Shown here piece after piece: positions 7,725 through 17,843 of a stretch of DNA of 57,760 nt. Origin of the DNA: Anaerolineae bacterium (GTDB lineage Bacteria; Chloroflexota; Anaerolineae; UBA1429). The notes beneath the pieces were generated by a model. It saw only the letters and a program-made list of their open reading frames with translations. It had not been told where the DNA came from and made no database searches. The stretch lies in the NCBI GenBank assembly GCA_050942995.1, contig JBMNOI010000002.1, forward strand, positions 1 through 57,760, given 5' to 3'. Both the position numbers and the translations under genes were made by a program. Within the stretch, counting starts at the first letter, position 1. Each line of letters opens with the position of its first letter.

Positions 7725-9752
7725 TTACTCTCTGGCGATGCGGGGCCGTCCGGCTGCTGTGATCTCGAACTCGGTCTGTATATACAGCTCGTCCCCCCAT
7801 CCCTCGGCCACGGGCGCCGTTCTATCCCGTCGCACAATCTGGACGCGAACGGCCTGCGCGCCGGCGCGCTCGGCATATTCGATCGCCAGATCGCGGCCGA
7901 TCTCCTGGGCGCAGGCGGTCGCTTCGTCCAGGGTGGGGAAATCGCACACGCGGTCGGGCAGGTGTACGCGATAGCCCATCTCATCCTCATGCGGCACGAC
8001 CAGAGCATGTGCCCGATGCACGATGCTGCCGACAACGGCGCCGATGGCGTTGGCCGAGCCGGTGTGTTCCGGAATACGCAACCGGCCGTGCAACAGGTCG
8101 GCGACCGCGGGGAAATAGGTGCGCACCGGTGCGCCGATGGCCACCAGTGGCGGCTGAACGGTCAGGCGGCAGAGCAAAGCCGCGTCCGACGGCGGCCGTA
8201 ACGCACGGGTGATGAGGGCAGTATCTGTTCCCATATGCCCGTTGCTTCCCTCATCGCTCAGTAGTTTGAGCACGATCTCTCGTGCGATCTGCTCGGCCGT
8301 CATGGAGAGAATCCGCTCGCAAAGCGTCTCGAAATCGGTTCCGATTCGACGGGCCAGCAGCTCTGCGCCGTAACGCGCCGCCGGCACGTGCCACTCCCGA
8401 TAGTGCCCCAGCACATGGGCGGCATCGGTCGGGGTAAACCCCGCGCGGATGACGATGCCCTGACGTTCGATTCGTGTCAGGTATCGCGAGTACAATTCGG
8501 GATGCCGCACGATGGCGTGAATCTGTGCCATGGCGCAGGGGCCCTCTCGAAGGGCGTCGAACAATTCGCTTTCGAACGGAGGGTGATCTCCATCACTGTT
8601 CCATTCGGCGCGCTGAAGCAAGAGATACTCGCCGTCGATGGGATTGACGGCTGTGGCCGCAGCCCGATCCTCCAACTGCCGGGTCACGGCAGGGTATTCG
8701 GCGGCCAGCAGTGAAAGCGGCATGACCCGTCGCGGACCCACCTGTAGCTCCCGACCCGGATCCAGCCATACACGGCTGTCCCCACCCAGCCCGACGGTAT
8801 GGACATCCACCGCTTCGACCATGGTGCGCCAGCGCCCGACCTGCGCGCCGCGCGGGCTGAGGCGCGGACGTCCCCCGCTCAGCACGGCGATATCGGTGGT
8901 GGTTCCCCCCATGTCGATGACGACAAGCTCATCGGCCCCTCTTGTCCGTTCATCGGCATCGCTGCCGTTGCCCGCCAGATGCTGCGCGCCCACCACGCTG
9001 GCGGCCGGGCCCGAGAGGATGGTCTCGATAGGCCGTTCCATGACCATGGCCGCATCCATCAGCGATCCATCCCCCTTGACCACCATGAGGGGCGCATCGA
9101 TCTTGGTCGCCTCCAGTGTGCGTTCGACGGCGGCGATCAAATCGCGCAACAAAGGAATGAGCCGCGCGTTCAGCGCCACCGTGGTGGCGCGGCGCAATGC
9201 GTCCAGCCGGTGGGTCAATTCGTGGCCACAGGTGACGGGCAGATTGGTTAACTCGCCGATCATCTCTTGTACGAGCAATTCATGCGAAGGGTTGCGCGTA
9301 CCGAAATAACCCGATACGGCAAATGCGGCTACGTGAGGAGCATGCTCGATGATGGCTGCCCGGGCGGCGGCCAGATCCAACGGTTGCCACTCTTCGCCGT
9401 CTGTGCGGTGCCCGCCGGGGATCAGGACATAGCGATCGGTGCCCAGTTCCCGGTGCAGGTCGGCCGGGTCTATGCGTCCCTCATAGCCGATGAGCAGCGC
9501 ACAGATCGGGGCGCCGTTGCCCTCGACGATGGCGTTAGTTGCCAGTGTGGTCGAAAGTGAGACGAGGTGCACCTTTGTCGGATGGGCCTGTAGCACATTC
9601 CTGATGGCGCGGTCGATGCCCGCGGACAGGTCATGACGCGTGGTCAATGCTTTGGCGGTTGCGAGGACCCGGCCGGTCTCGTACTCGACCAGGGCCGCGT
9701 CGGTATATGTGCCGCCGGTATCGATGCCGAGGGCGATGAGCATAGGGATCAC
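7725..9752 (-). CDS. Hydantoinase/oxoprolinase A (HyuA)-like ASKHA-fold protein, no HyuB partner
   Basis: 675 aa. N-terminal IALGIDTGGTYTDAALV and central VVIDMGGTTTDIAVL are the Hydant_A_N / Hydantoinase_A phosphate-binding motifs. Confidence 0.85.
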   Translation of the reverse strand: MIPMLIALGIDTGGTYTDAALVEYETGRVLATAKALTTRHDLSAGIDRAIRNVLQAHPTKVHLVSLSTTLATNAIVEGNGAPICALLIGYEGRIDPADLHRELGTDRYVLIPGGHRTDGEEWQPLDLAAARAAIIEHAPHVAAFAVSGYFGTRNPSHELLVQEMIGELTNLPVTCGHELTHRLDALRRATTVALNARLIPLLRDLIAAVERTLEATKIDAPLMVVKGDGSLMDAAMVMERPIETILSGPAASVVGAQHLAGNGSDADERTRGADELVVIDMGGTTTDIAVLSGGRPRLSPRGAQVGRWRTMVEAVDVHTVGLGGDSRVWLDPGRELQVGPRRVMPLSLLAAEYPAVTRQLEDRAAATAVNPIDGEYLLLQRAEWNSDGDHPPFESELFDALREGPCAMAQIHAIVRHPELYSRYLTRIERQGIVIRAGFTPTDAAHVLGHYREWHVPAARYGAELLARRIGTDFETLCERILSMTAEQIAREIVLKLLSDEGSNGHMGTDTALITRALRPPSDAALLCRLTVQPPLVAIGAPVRTYFPAVADLLHGRLRIPEHTGSANAIGAVVGSIVHRAHALVVPHEDEMGYRVHLPDRVCDFPTLDEATACAQEIGRDLAIEYAERAGAQAVRVQIVRRDRTAPVAEGWGDELYIQTEFEITAAGRPRIARE

Positions 9753-9760
9753 TCCGGAGG

Positions 9761-10609
9761 TCAGGGCTTGTCGGCGTGCTGTCGATAATAGGTGACATAA
9801 TTCATGCCATACTCATCGCGGCCCATGAGCAAGTCGGCGATCAGGATGGCCTTTGTGGCCGATTGAGGATTGACGATGGGCGCATTGACCCCCCAGGCGA
9901 TCGACATGGCCAAAAAGATGTTGTTGATGGCCTCCCGGTCGGGCAGGCCAAAAGAGACATTACTGGCGCCCAGGGTGAGGTTTACGTCCAGTTCCTCGCG
10001 CACGCCACGAATTGCCTCCAGGGTGGTTCGTGCAGCGGTCGAATCGGTGCAGACGCTCAAGGCCAGACAGTCGATGAGGACATCCTCGCGGGGGATGCCC
10101 ATGGCCTCGGCGCGTTCGATGATCTTGCGGGCAATCGCTACGCGCGACGCGGCGTCATTGGGAATACCCGAGTCATCCATGGTGAGGCCGATCACGGCGG
10201 CGCCATATTCTTTGACCAGCGGGAGTACCCGATTCAGCGACTCTTCCTCGCCGTTCACCGAGTTGATGAGCGCTTTGCCCTCATAGGCCTCCAGGGCGGC
10301 GCGCAACGCCTCGGCGTTGGCCGAATCCAGGCAGAGGGGCAGGTCGGTGATTTCGCTCACGGCTTTGACCGCCAGAGGCAACACCTCGACCTCGTTCACT
10401 CCCGCTGCGCCGACGTTGATATCCAGCACGGTAGCGCCATCCTGAATTTGCGAGCGGGCCAGTTGCTGCACTCGGCTCATATCACCCTGGGCCAGCGAAG
10501 CGGCCAGCCGTTTCTTCCCCGTCGGATTGATTCGCTCGCCGATGATGACGGTGGGGCGATCGGGGGAGATGACGACCTCAGAACTTTTACTGCGAATGAT
10601 CGTCTCCAT
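9761..10609 (-). CDS. Pterin-binding methyltetrahydrofolate:corrinoid/cobalamin methyltransferase (MeTr/AcsE/MetH-domain-like)
   Basis: 282 aa. Motifs IIGERINPTGKKRL, DINVGA, LCLDS, LINSV and TLGASNVSFGLP match the MeTr pterin-binding TIM barrel, not FolP. Confidence 0.85.
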   Translation of the reverse strand: METIIRSKSSEVVISPDRPTVIIGERINPTGKKRLAASLAQGDMSRVQQLARSQIQDGATVLDINVGAAGVNEVEVLPLAVKAVSEITDLPLCLDSANAEALRAALEAYEGKALINSVNGEEESLNRVLPLVKEYGAAVIGLTMDDSGIPNDAASRVAIARKIIERAEAMGIPREDVLIDCLALSVCTDSTAARTTLEAIRGVREELDVNLTLGASNVSFGLPDREAINNIFLAMSIAWGVNAPIVNPQSATKAILIADLLMGRDEYGMNYVTYYRQHADKP

Positions 10610-10645
10610 AGCACCTCCTGCTATGTCTGGTGGGCCGGGACCTTT

Positions 10646-11602
10646 TTATCGGCCGAACAGCCGCCTCTTGCCGGCCAGATTGTTCTCGGTGAGAAAACGA
10701 CGGGCGACAACCTCGGGATCTTCTCCATGGATGCCCACCTGTTGTCCTAATTCGAGCACCGTCTCCTGTGTCAAAAGGGTGCTCACCTGTGCCAAAAGCC
10801 CTTCCAGTGCCGGATACTCACGAAGCAGTGGCGTGCGCACGGCGACCGCCAGCGGCGATGACTGGAACAGACCGCGGGCATCGTTCAACATTACGAGATC
10901 GAGGGCCACCAGGGGCGGGTCGGTGGAGTATCCGATGGCGACATCACACACGCCGTCTGCCAGCGCCTCGTATCCGTCACCGATGGAAAGATAGCGCATT
11001 CGCGCCTGATCAAAGTGCAGTCCATAGATGCGCGCCAGGCCACGCACGCCGCTGAACTGATCGTAGACATCCTCGGGAGTGCAGAGGCTCATATAGGGAT
11101 TGTAACGGCTTATGTAGCGGAGCAGGTCCTCGATGTCGGTCAGCTCATTCTGCCGGGCCATCTCACGGCGCAGCACCAGGCCCATCACGTGCCGGCAGCG
11201 GGTGGGGGATAGCCAGGTGATTTCATTACGGGCATCCTGTTCGCGAACTTGGCGATGCATTTCCTGAGGGTCACTGATGGGGATATCGTGCCCCAGATGA
11301 TGGGTCCAGGTATCGCCGGTATAGTCCCAGTAGAGATCGGCCCGCCCCGTTTCAACGGCTGTGCGCACTGCGCGCTGATCGCCCATGCCGGTCTGGTCCA
11401 CCACCGTATAGCCCGCCGCCCGCAACGCCTGCACCGTGATTTGTCCGAGAACGAGTTGCTCGGGGGTGTGGGCGCTGGCTACCGTAATGGCCGATCCTCC
11501 CCGCCGTGCGTTGCCGCGACACCCCAGTGCGCCCAACAGGATCAGGGCGCACAGAAGGTAAGAGGCGATTCGATGGCGAGACGGGTATGTTGGATCGGGC
11601 AT
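10646..11602 (-). CDS. Glycine-betaine/choline-type (OpuAC/OpuBC family) substrate-binding lipoprotein, orphan
   Basis: Start taken at ATG 11602 (MPDPTYPSRHRIASYLLCALILLGALGC, a lipobox). This avoids overlap with the yigZ stop. Motifs ADLYWDYTGDTW and IGYSTDPPLVALDLVMLNDARGLF are typical of OpuAC-fold proteins. Confidence 0.85.
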   Translation of the reverse strand: MPDPTYPSRHRIASYLLCALILLGALGCRGNARRGGSAITVASAHTPEQLVLGQITVQALRAAGYTVVDQTGMGDQRAVRTAVETGRADLYWDYTGDTWTHHLGHDIPISDPQEMHRQVREQDARNEITWLSPTRCRHVMGLVLRREMARQNELTDIEDLLRYISRYNPYMSLCTPEDVYDQFSGVRGLARIYGLHFDQARMRYLSIGDGYEALADGVCDVAIGYSTDPPLVALDLVMLNDARGLFQSSPLAVAVRTPLLREYPALEGLLAQVSTLLTQETVLELGQQVGIHGEDPEVVARRFLTENNLAGKRRLFGR

Positions 11603-11616
11603 GTCGGATCGGCTTC

Positions 11617-12306
11617 CTAGATATAGCGATGTTCGAGCCAACGCTCGCTCAGCACAATGTCACCGTTGGTCAGTTCGCGCAAGAGTGTGTCGACTTCCTC
11701 AGCGCGATCATAGGGCACGGCGATGCGCAGCGTGGCCTTGTCGGTAAACCGCTCGTCCTCGGTGATGACATCGTGCCTGGGGAGCAGGTAGCGCAGGTTG
11801 CCGTATAGCGCATAGTCCGTGCTGATCTCGGCCACATGGTGCAACACGCGTTCGACGGTGGGCAGGCTCTGCAGCGCTTCGCGGGCGGCGCCGCTATAGG
11901 CCCGCACCAGCCCGCCGGTGCCCAGTTTCGTGCCGCCAAAGTAACGCGTGACGACGGCCACCACCTCGCACAGGCCGCTGCCCTCGAGCACTGCCAGAAT
12001 GGGCCGCCCGGCGGTCCCTCCGGGCTCACCGTCATCGGATGAGCCAAAGGGCGATTGGGGCTCCAGGCCGATGCGATAGGCCCAGGCGTTATGATTCGCG
12101 TCGGCATAGGTCTCTTTGATCTGGGCGATGAATTCTTGAGCGGCCTCTACCGAGGGCGCATGCCCGATTGTGCCGATAAAGATGGAATTCTTGACCTCCA
12201 GCTCGCTCTGCACCTCTCCCGCAGGAATGCGGTAACGTTCGACGCGGGGCTCGGACGCAGCGCCGCTCTGTTGCACATGTCGTGCCAAGATCGATCCTCC
12301 CGCCAT
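11617..12306 (-). CDS. yigZ: YigZ / IMPACT (UPF0029) family protein
   Basis: Motifs HNAWAYRIG, SSDDGEPGGTAGRPIL and VVTRYFGGTKLGTGGLVRAY. Confidence 0.85.
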   Translation of the reverse strand: MAGGSILARHVQQSGAASEPRVERYRIPAGEVQSELEVKNSIFIGTIGHAPSVEAAQEFIAQIKETYADANHNAWAYRIGLEPQSPFGSSDDGEPGGTAGRPILAVLEGSGLCEVVAVVTRYFGGTKLGTGGLVRAYSGAAREALQSLPTVERVLHHVAEISTDYALYGNLRYLLPRHDVITEDERFTDKATLRIAVPYDRAEEVDTLLRELTNGDIVLSERWLEHRYI

Positions 12307-12488
12307 ATCTGGCGATTCTGCTTCGCCCCATTCTAGAGGCGAGATCGTGGCTTGTCAATTGGCCGCAGACGCACCCCTGGGCGGTGAGCGGGGCGCACAA
12401 GCCGCAAAACAACCACCTTCTGAAGGTCTCTTCATCACTTAAGGTGATACCGGACAATAACGTACTCTCGGCCTGTGAAGACAATCCA

Positions 12489-12518
12489 TTGACACTCATC
12501 GGCCCGCTGACCTATAAT
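12489..12518 (+). promoter_or_regulatory. Promoter TTGACA-18-TATAAT
   Basis: TTGACA at 12489-12494 and TATAAT at 12513-12518. The -10 overlaps the first ATG of the track ORF (12517). The real start is therefore probably ATG 12523 (near-leaderless) or TTG 12574 (GGGAGG lies 11 nt upstream). Confidence 0.5.
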
Positions 12519-13515
12519 GAATATGTACGCGGAATGGCCGCGTTACGATCATGATAGGGAGGCGCTTGCGCTCTTGAGAGTATTGATCACCGGAGGGGCC
12601 GGATTTATCGGATCGACTCTGGCCAATCGTTTGGTTGAAGAGGGGCATCACGTACGCGTTCTGGACGATCTCAGCGCCGGAGATCGGGAGCGACTGGACT
12701 CGCGGGTGATGTTCATGAACGGCGACATTCGCGACATCCCCAAGCTCTGGTCGGCGCTTCAGGGTGTCGATTGTGTATATCATCTGGCGGCGCGGGTCAG
12801 TGTACCCGAGTCGGTGCTTTACCCGGTCGAGTATAACAATGTGAACGTCGGGGGTACCGTCAGCTTGCTCACAGCGGTGCGCGATGCTCAGGTCAACCGG
12901 TTGATCTTTACATCATCGGGGGCCGTCTATGGCGAGCAGGATGTGCAGCCGGTGACAGAGGACGTCGTGCTCCGTCCGGGCACACCCTACGCGGTGAGCA
13001 AATCGGCATCGGAGCAGTATGTGTCTGCCATCGGCAAGCTGTGGGGCATCGAGACGGTGATTCTGCGTATCTTTAACACCTACGGTCCCGGGCAGCCGTT
13101 GCCTCCCTCTCATGCGCCGGTGGTGCCGCGCTTTTTGCGGCAGGCAGTTTCGGGTGGCTCGGTGGTGTTCTTTGGTCGGGGGCAGCAGACGCGCGACTTT
13201 ATCTATATCGATGACGTGGTCGATGCTCTGGTGCGGGCCGGCCAGGTTCGCGATCTGGTGCACCCGATCTACAATATTGGCAGCGGCCAGGAGGTGAGCA
13301 TCTCTCAACTGGTAGACGCGATTGAGGATGCATCGGGACAGTCCGTTCATCGACTGATGAACCCGGAAAAAGACGCCGGGGTTTCGCGTCTGGTCGCCGA
13401 TATCTCGCGGGCGCGTCGAGATCTGGGGTTCGAGCCCCAAACGAGCCTGGCCGAAGGATTGGGATATATGATCCGTAACGATGCGCGCTTTGCGCTCCAG
13501 AGCGTGCCGGATTGA
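12517..13515 (+). CDS. NAD-dependent sugar-nucleotide epimerase/dehydratase (GalE-like SDR)
   Basis: Rossmann motif VLITGGAGFIGS and catalytic YAVSK. The 5-prime end is uncertain (12523 or 12574 are more likely than 12517). Confidence 0.9.
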   Translation: MNMYAEWPRYDHDREALALLRVLITGGAGFIGSTLANRLVEEGHHVRVLDDLSAGDRERLDSRVMFMNGDIRDIPKLWSALQGVDCVYHLAARVSVPESVLYPVEYNNVNVGGTVSLLTAVRDAQVNRLIFTSSGAVYGEQDVQPVTEDVVLRPGTPYAVSKSASEQYVSAIGKLWGIETVILRIFNTYGPGQPLPPSHAPVVPRFLRQAVSGGSVVFFGRGQQTRDFIYIDDVVDALVRAGQVRDLVHPIYNIGSGQEVSISQLVDAIEDASGQSVHRLMNPEKDAGVSRLVADISRARRDLGFEPQTSLAEGLGYMIRNDARFALQSVPD

Positions 13516-13704
13516 GGACAGAGCTCGTTCGCGCATTTTGAAAAGTGCCGGTTTGCCACGACCTCATCCGATAAACGGCGGGCGATCCGGTATCCTGCCG
13601 ATGCTGGCAGATGATGGATCTGTTTGGAGAAGAACACTAACCCTGCGCATATGGCAAGCGCAGAGCCGATCGATAGCCTTCTTTCAAGATACGCCCTGCT
13701 CCGA

Positions 13705-13738
13705 TCAGGATGCGGCACAGGGTTGCGCCGCATCCTGA
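13705..13738. terminator. 12-bp stem hairpin between convergent genes
   Basis: tcaggatgcggc (13705-13716) pairs with gccgcatcctga (13727-13738), with a 10-nt loop. No U-tract on either side. Confidence 0.4.
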
Positions 13739-13807
13739 GGCCACTCACTCCTCTCTCCACACTCTACACTCCGGGCAAATCGCAGGTGGTGCGATCCTTT
13801 CGCTGCT

Positions 13808-14623
13808 CTATGCGCCGGGGGTGTGCCACTCGATCGCCGGTCCCTCGCTCTGTACGCGACCGATTTTGCGCGCAAAGAGCAGGAATCCGGTATGGCCGAC
13901 CATGCGATCTTCGGGGCGCAGGCGCTGTGCCACCGGCTTGTAGTGGCGTTCCATGATCTCCATCACTTCGACGGACATAAAGGGGTGTTTCTCCATTTCC
14001 GCCAGCAGATCAGAGACCTGATTGGTGGTGGGTAACAGGGCGCCGAAAAAGCCCCCGTCGGTCAACGTGTCGCAAACTTGCGACAGGTAGAGCCAGGGCT
14101 CGCGCACGTCGAGAAACAGGGCATCCACATCGCTTTCATCGAATCCATCCGAGATGTCGCGTTGAGTGAGCCGAACAAAAGGCGACATGCCGGCGGTCTC
14201 GATATTCCGACGGGCGACGTTCAACATATCCTCCCGGGCTTCGTACGAATACACCATGCCGTCGGGGCTCACCGAATGAGCCAGGGCCACCGTGAGCGCT
14301 CCACTGCCCGTACCGGCCTCGACGATGCGACGTCCCGGGCCTGCATCGAGCTTGAGCAGAATCTGGCCGATCTCTTTGGGATAGATGATCTGGGAGACGC
14401 GCCTGAGATTCATCAACACGTCATACAGGGAGGGCTTGAGAGCGATAAAAGAGTGCCCGATATGAGACAGGACGGGGCGCCCCAACGGATTGCCGATGAT
14501 GGCATCGTGATCGACCAGCCCGTTGTTTGTGTGAAAACGGACGCCTGCCCGCAGGCGCAGCATGTAGCTCTTGCCGTCAGGCGATATGAGCAATATCTGA
14601 TCGTTCTCTTTGGCGATGTGCAA
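13808..14623 (-). CDS. trmI: tRNA (adenine58-N1)-methyltransferase TrmI/GCD14 family
   Basis: N-terminal beta domain (ILLISPDGKSYMLRL), SAM motif IVEAGTGSGALT and a TrmI-like C-terminus. Confidence 0.85.
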   Translation of the reverse strand: MHIAKENDQILLISPDGKSYMLRLRAGVRFHTNNGLVDHDAIIGNPLGRPVLSHIGHSFIALKPSLYDVLMNLRRVSQIIYPKEIGQILLKLDAGPGRRIVEAGTGSGALTVALAHSVSPDGMVYSYEAREDMLNVARRNIETAGMSPFVRLTQRDISDGFDESDVDALFLDVREPWLYLSQVCDTLTDGGFFGALLPTTNQVSDLLAEMEKHPFMSVEVMEIMERHYKPVAQRLRPEDRMVGHTGFLLFARKIGRVQSEGPAIEWHTPGA

Positions 14624-14752
14624 CCTATGCCTCTTCTTTCGAATGTTATGCCGAACTGTCGCAGCATCTATGCGGTCTCGTAACCTCCATTATAGGGGTG
14701 ACTTTCCGACCTGCCAATTGTGGGTCGAGCGATGACTGCGGAGTAAAAAAAG

Positions 14753-15937
14753 ATGAAGGCAAAAGAGATCTTTTCACTGATCAAGGAAAGTGTCCAGAGA
14801 TGGAGTCGGGATCGGGCATCGCGGTTGGCGGCGGCGCTGGCCTATTACACCATCTTTTCGATTGCGCCGCTACTCATCATCGCTATCGCTATCGCCGGGC
14901 GGGTGCTGGGCGAGGCGGCGGTGCGAGGCGAGATCGTCGGTCAGATCGAGGGCACGGTAGGCACCGAGGCCGCCGTGATGATCCAAACCATGCTGGAGAA
15001 CGCTCAACAGCCCGGTCGGGGGCTGATAGCCGGCATCATCGGTGGTGTGACGCTGATTTTTGGCGCGTCGGGAGTGGTGGGTCAGCTTCGCGATGCGATG
15101 AACACGATCTGGGATGTCGCCCCGGACCCCAACCGTAGCATATGGACCACCGTCAAGCGACAGCTCACGACCTTTGGCCTGGTCATCGGGGTGGGCATTT
15201 TGTTGCTGGCCTTGATGCTCCTGAGCACCGCTCTGGCGGCCGCATGGGGCTTTTTCGCCGATCTCTTGCCGGTGCCCTATACCCTCGTCGAGATCGGCAA
15301 CTGGGTGCTCTCTCTGGCCGTTCTGACAGGGCTATTTGCCCTGCTCTTCAAAGTGGTGCCCGAGGTCGAGATCGAGTGGAGTGACGTGTGGGTGGGCGCA
15401 GGCGTGACGGCGTTCCTGTTCATCCTGGGGCGATGGGGCATCAGCCTCTATCTGGGGCGCGCATCACCGGCCTCTGTATATGGCGCGGCGGGCTCGCTGG
15501 TCATCCTACTGTTGTGGATCTATTACTCGGCGCAGATCCTGCTGCTGGGTGCCGAGTTCACCCAGGTATACGCCAATCGCTATGGCTCCAGGATCCGCCC
15601 TGCCGAGGAGATGGTGCCCGTCACCGATGAGGTTCGGGCCCAGCAGGGCATGGCGCCCCGGGGGATGACCGAACAGATGGCGCAGGCGCAGCGCTCGACC
15701 GAGATGGCCCCCGTGATGCCACAGATCGATCTGCCCACAGGGAGGCCGTTCGAGGGCGAGGCCGCTCCCATCAGCTATCGCGTCAAAGACGGCCGCCTGG
15801 TCGATGGTGACCGGGAGACGGGCTCCTCGCTCGAACACGACGGGCGTGGACGTGGCCGATATGTGGCGGTGGCCGCCGTATCGGCGGCGCTGCTATGGCG
15901 GCTGCTGCGTGGTCAGAGCGGTGGTGAGATGGCCTGA
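14753..15937 (+). CDS. YihY/BrkB family membrane protein with ~100-aa C-terminal extension
   Basis: Motif RLAAALAYYTIFSIAPLLII and six hydrophobic helices typical of YihY. Confidence 0.85.
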   Translation: MKAKEIFSLIKESVQRWSRDRASRLAAALAYYTIFSIAPLLIIAIAIAGRVLGEAAVRGEIVGQIEGTVGTEAAVMIQTMLENAQQPGRGLIAGIIGGVTLIFGASGVVGQLRDAMNTIWDVAPDPNRSIWTTVKRQLTTFGLVIGVGILLLALMLLSTALAAAWGFFADLLPVPYTLVEIGNWVLSLAVLTGLFALLFKVVPEVEIEWSDVWVGAGVTAFLFILGRWGISLYLGRASPASVYGAAGSLVILLLWIYYSAQILLLGAEFTQVYANRYGSRIRPAEEMVPVTDEVRAQQGMAPRGMTEQMAQAQRSTEMAPVMPQIDLPTGRPFEGEAAPISYRVKDGRLVDGDRETGSSLEHDGRGRGRYVAVAAVSAALLWRLLRGQSGGEMA

Positions 15938-16027
15938 GCTTGCTGAAAACGTGCGTCATGGTAGCGCCCCGTGGTTCCACAGGGACGAATACTCGGACAC
16001 GTCGCCGATCGATAATGGAGGTCCGTT

Positions 16028-17803
16028 TTGGCTTCTCGCGAATTTGCCGTCGATAATGCCCCTGTATACAACCGAACAAGCCCGTTGCGGTGGATCCTTT
16101 CTCACGCGAGGCACTATGCCTATCTGCCCGTCATCACGGTGCTGGCCAGCATTCTGTCCAACTCGCTGCTGAGCTATTCGTCGGTGCTGGTGGGGCAGGC
16201 CTTTGCGTGGATCACCGGTCCCGATCCGGCCCTTGCCGACCTGTTGCGTATTGCCACGCTGGTGGCGGGGGCGCGGTTGGGGCAGGGGGCACTGAGCCTG
16301 GGGCGCAGCCTATCGGCCGAGTTGCTGGCTCAGCGTCTGGAACGAGATTGCCGCGATGAACTGTACGTTAGCCTGCTGGGCAAGAGCCTGACCTATCACG
16401 GACGCCAGCGGGTGGGCGATTTGATGGCCCGCGCAACCAACGATGTGCACCAGGTGAACCTGCTGATCAATCCGGCCTCTAGCCTTATATTCGAGTCGTT
16501 CATCGGGTTGCTGGTGCCGATCATCACCATGGCGTTGCTGCGGCTCGAGCTGGTGCTGGTGCCGCTGATGTTCGTGGCGCTGTGGATATTGTCGGTGCGA
16601 GATTATACCCGGCGCCTTAATCCGGTATCGGACGCCATTCGCGAACAGTTTGGGACGATGAACGCGGGTCTTGCCGAGGCGCTCACCGGCATCGAGGTCG
16701 TCAAGGTGAACGCCCAGGAACGCCAGGAGGCGCAGCGCTTTCTGGAGCAGGCGAATCGGTATCGGGACGTGTATGTGCGTCGCGGCGAGATTCAGGCGCG
16801 TTATGTGCCGATGCTGGTGTACAGCGTGTGTTCTGCTCTCGCGCTGCTGCATGCTTTCCTGGTGTATCTTCGGGGCGACGGCTTTGGCCTGGGCGATGTG
16901 GTGGCCTATATGGGGTTGTTTACGCTGCTTCGTTCGCCCACCTTTTTGTCGCTTTTTACTTTTACCCTGCTGCAGATGGGCATCTCGGGCGCCGCGCGCA
17001 TTTTGCAGGTGCTGAACGACGAGACGACGCTGGATGAGAATCCGGACGGCGTAAAGCGTCCCATGCGTGGTGAGGTGGTTTTCGATCGTGTGACCTTTGG
17101 CTATCGCCCCGAGACTCCTGTGCTTCAGAATATCAGCTTTTACGCTGCGCCGGGGGAAACGATCGCCATTGTAGGCAGCACCGGGTCGGGCAAAACCTCT
17201 CTGACCCACCTGATCAACCGCATCTATGATGTCGATCGTGGAGCCGTGCGAGTAGACGGCATCGATACCCGTGACTGGAATCTGGAGAGCCTGCGTTCCC
17301 AGATCTCGACGATCGAACAGGACGTGTTCATCTTTTCGCGCACCATCGCCGAGAATATCGCCTTTGGTGTGGGGTCGGATGTCGATCGGGCCGAGATCGA
17401 GCGGGCGGCGCGAGAGGCTCAGGCGCACGACTTTATCATGGCTATGCCCCAGGGATACGATACCGAGGTGGGCGAACGGGGAGTGACCCTTTCAGGCGGG
17501 CAGAGGCAACGCCTGGCCATGGCACGGGCCTTTCTCACCGATCCTCGCATCCTGATCCTGGATGATTCGACCAGCGCCATCGACAGCGCCACCGAGGATG
17601 AGATTCAAAAGGCGATGTATCGTGTGCGTCAGGGGCGCACCACGTTCTTGATCACTCATCGCCTGTCGCAGATCCGTTGGGCCGATCGCATCCTGGTGTT
17701 GCGTCGAGGCGAACTGGTGGATCAAGGAACGCATGAAGAGCTGGCCGGCCGATGCGCCGAGTATCAGCGTATCCTGAGGCTGGTCGAGACCGAGTCGGCC
17801 TGA
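16028..17803 (+). CDS. ABC exporter, fused permease-ATPase (ABCB-type), subunit 1
   Basis: TTG start 6 nt after GGAGG. Walker A GSTGSGKTS, signature LSGGQRQR and Walker B ILILDD. Confidence 0.9.
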   Translation: MASREFAVDNAPVYNRTSPLRWILSHARHYAYLPVITVLASILSNSLLSYSSVLVGQAFAWITGPDPALADLLRIATLVAGARLGQGALSLGRSLSAELLAQRLERDCRDELYVSLLGKSLTYHGRQRVGDLMARATNDVHQVNLLINPASSLIFESFIGLLVPIITMALLRLELVLVPLMFVALWILSVRDYTRRLNPVSDAIREQFGTMNAGLAEALTGIEVVKVNAQERQEAQRFLEQANRYRDVYVRRGEIQARYVPMLVYSVCSALALLHAFLVYLRGDGFGLGDVVAYMGLFTLLRSPTFLSLFTFTLLQMGISGAARILQVLNDETTLDENPDGVKRPMRGEVVFDRVTFGYRPETPVLQNISFYAAPGETIAIVGSTGSGKTSLTHLINRIYDVDRGAVRVDGIDTRDWNLESLRSQISTIEQDVFIFSRTIAENIAFGVGSDVDRAEIERAAREAQAHDFIMAMPQGYDTEVGERGVTLSGGQRQRLAMARAFLTDPRILILDDSTSAIDSATEDEIQKAMYRVRQGRTTFLITHRLSQIRWADRILVLRRGELVDQGTHEELAGRCAEYQRILRLVETESA

Positions 17804-17843
17804 TCCGGCACACTGCCGTCTTTTACATTACGGAAGGAGCATA

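Noticed and set aside
16310-17428. Long antisense ORFs opposite well-supported genes (this one, plus 9776-10750, 19850-20725, 35097-36017, 49262-50488, 52324-53484 and 53515-54216)
   Set aside because: - All are Arg/His/Gly/Pro-biased and have no recognisable motifs or RBSs.
- All lie opposite genes with strong family signatures.
- Such ORFs are expected by chance at about 60% GC.
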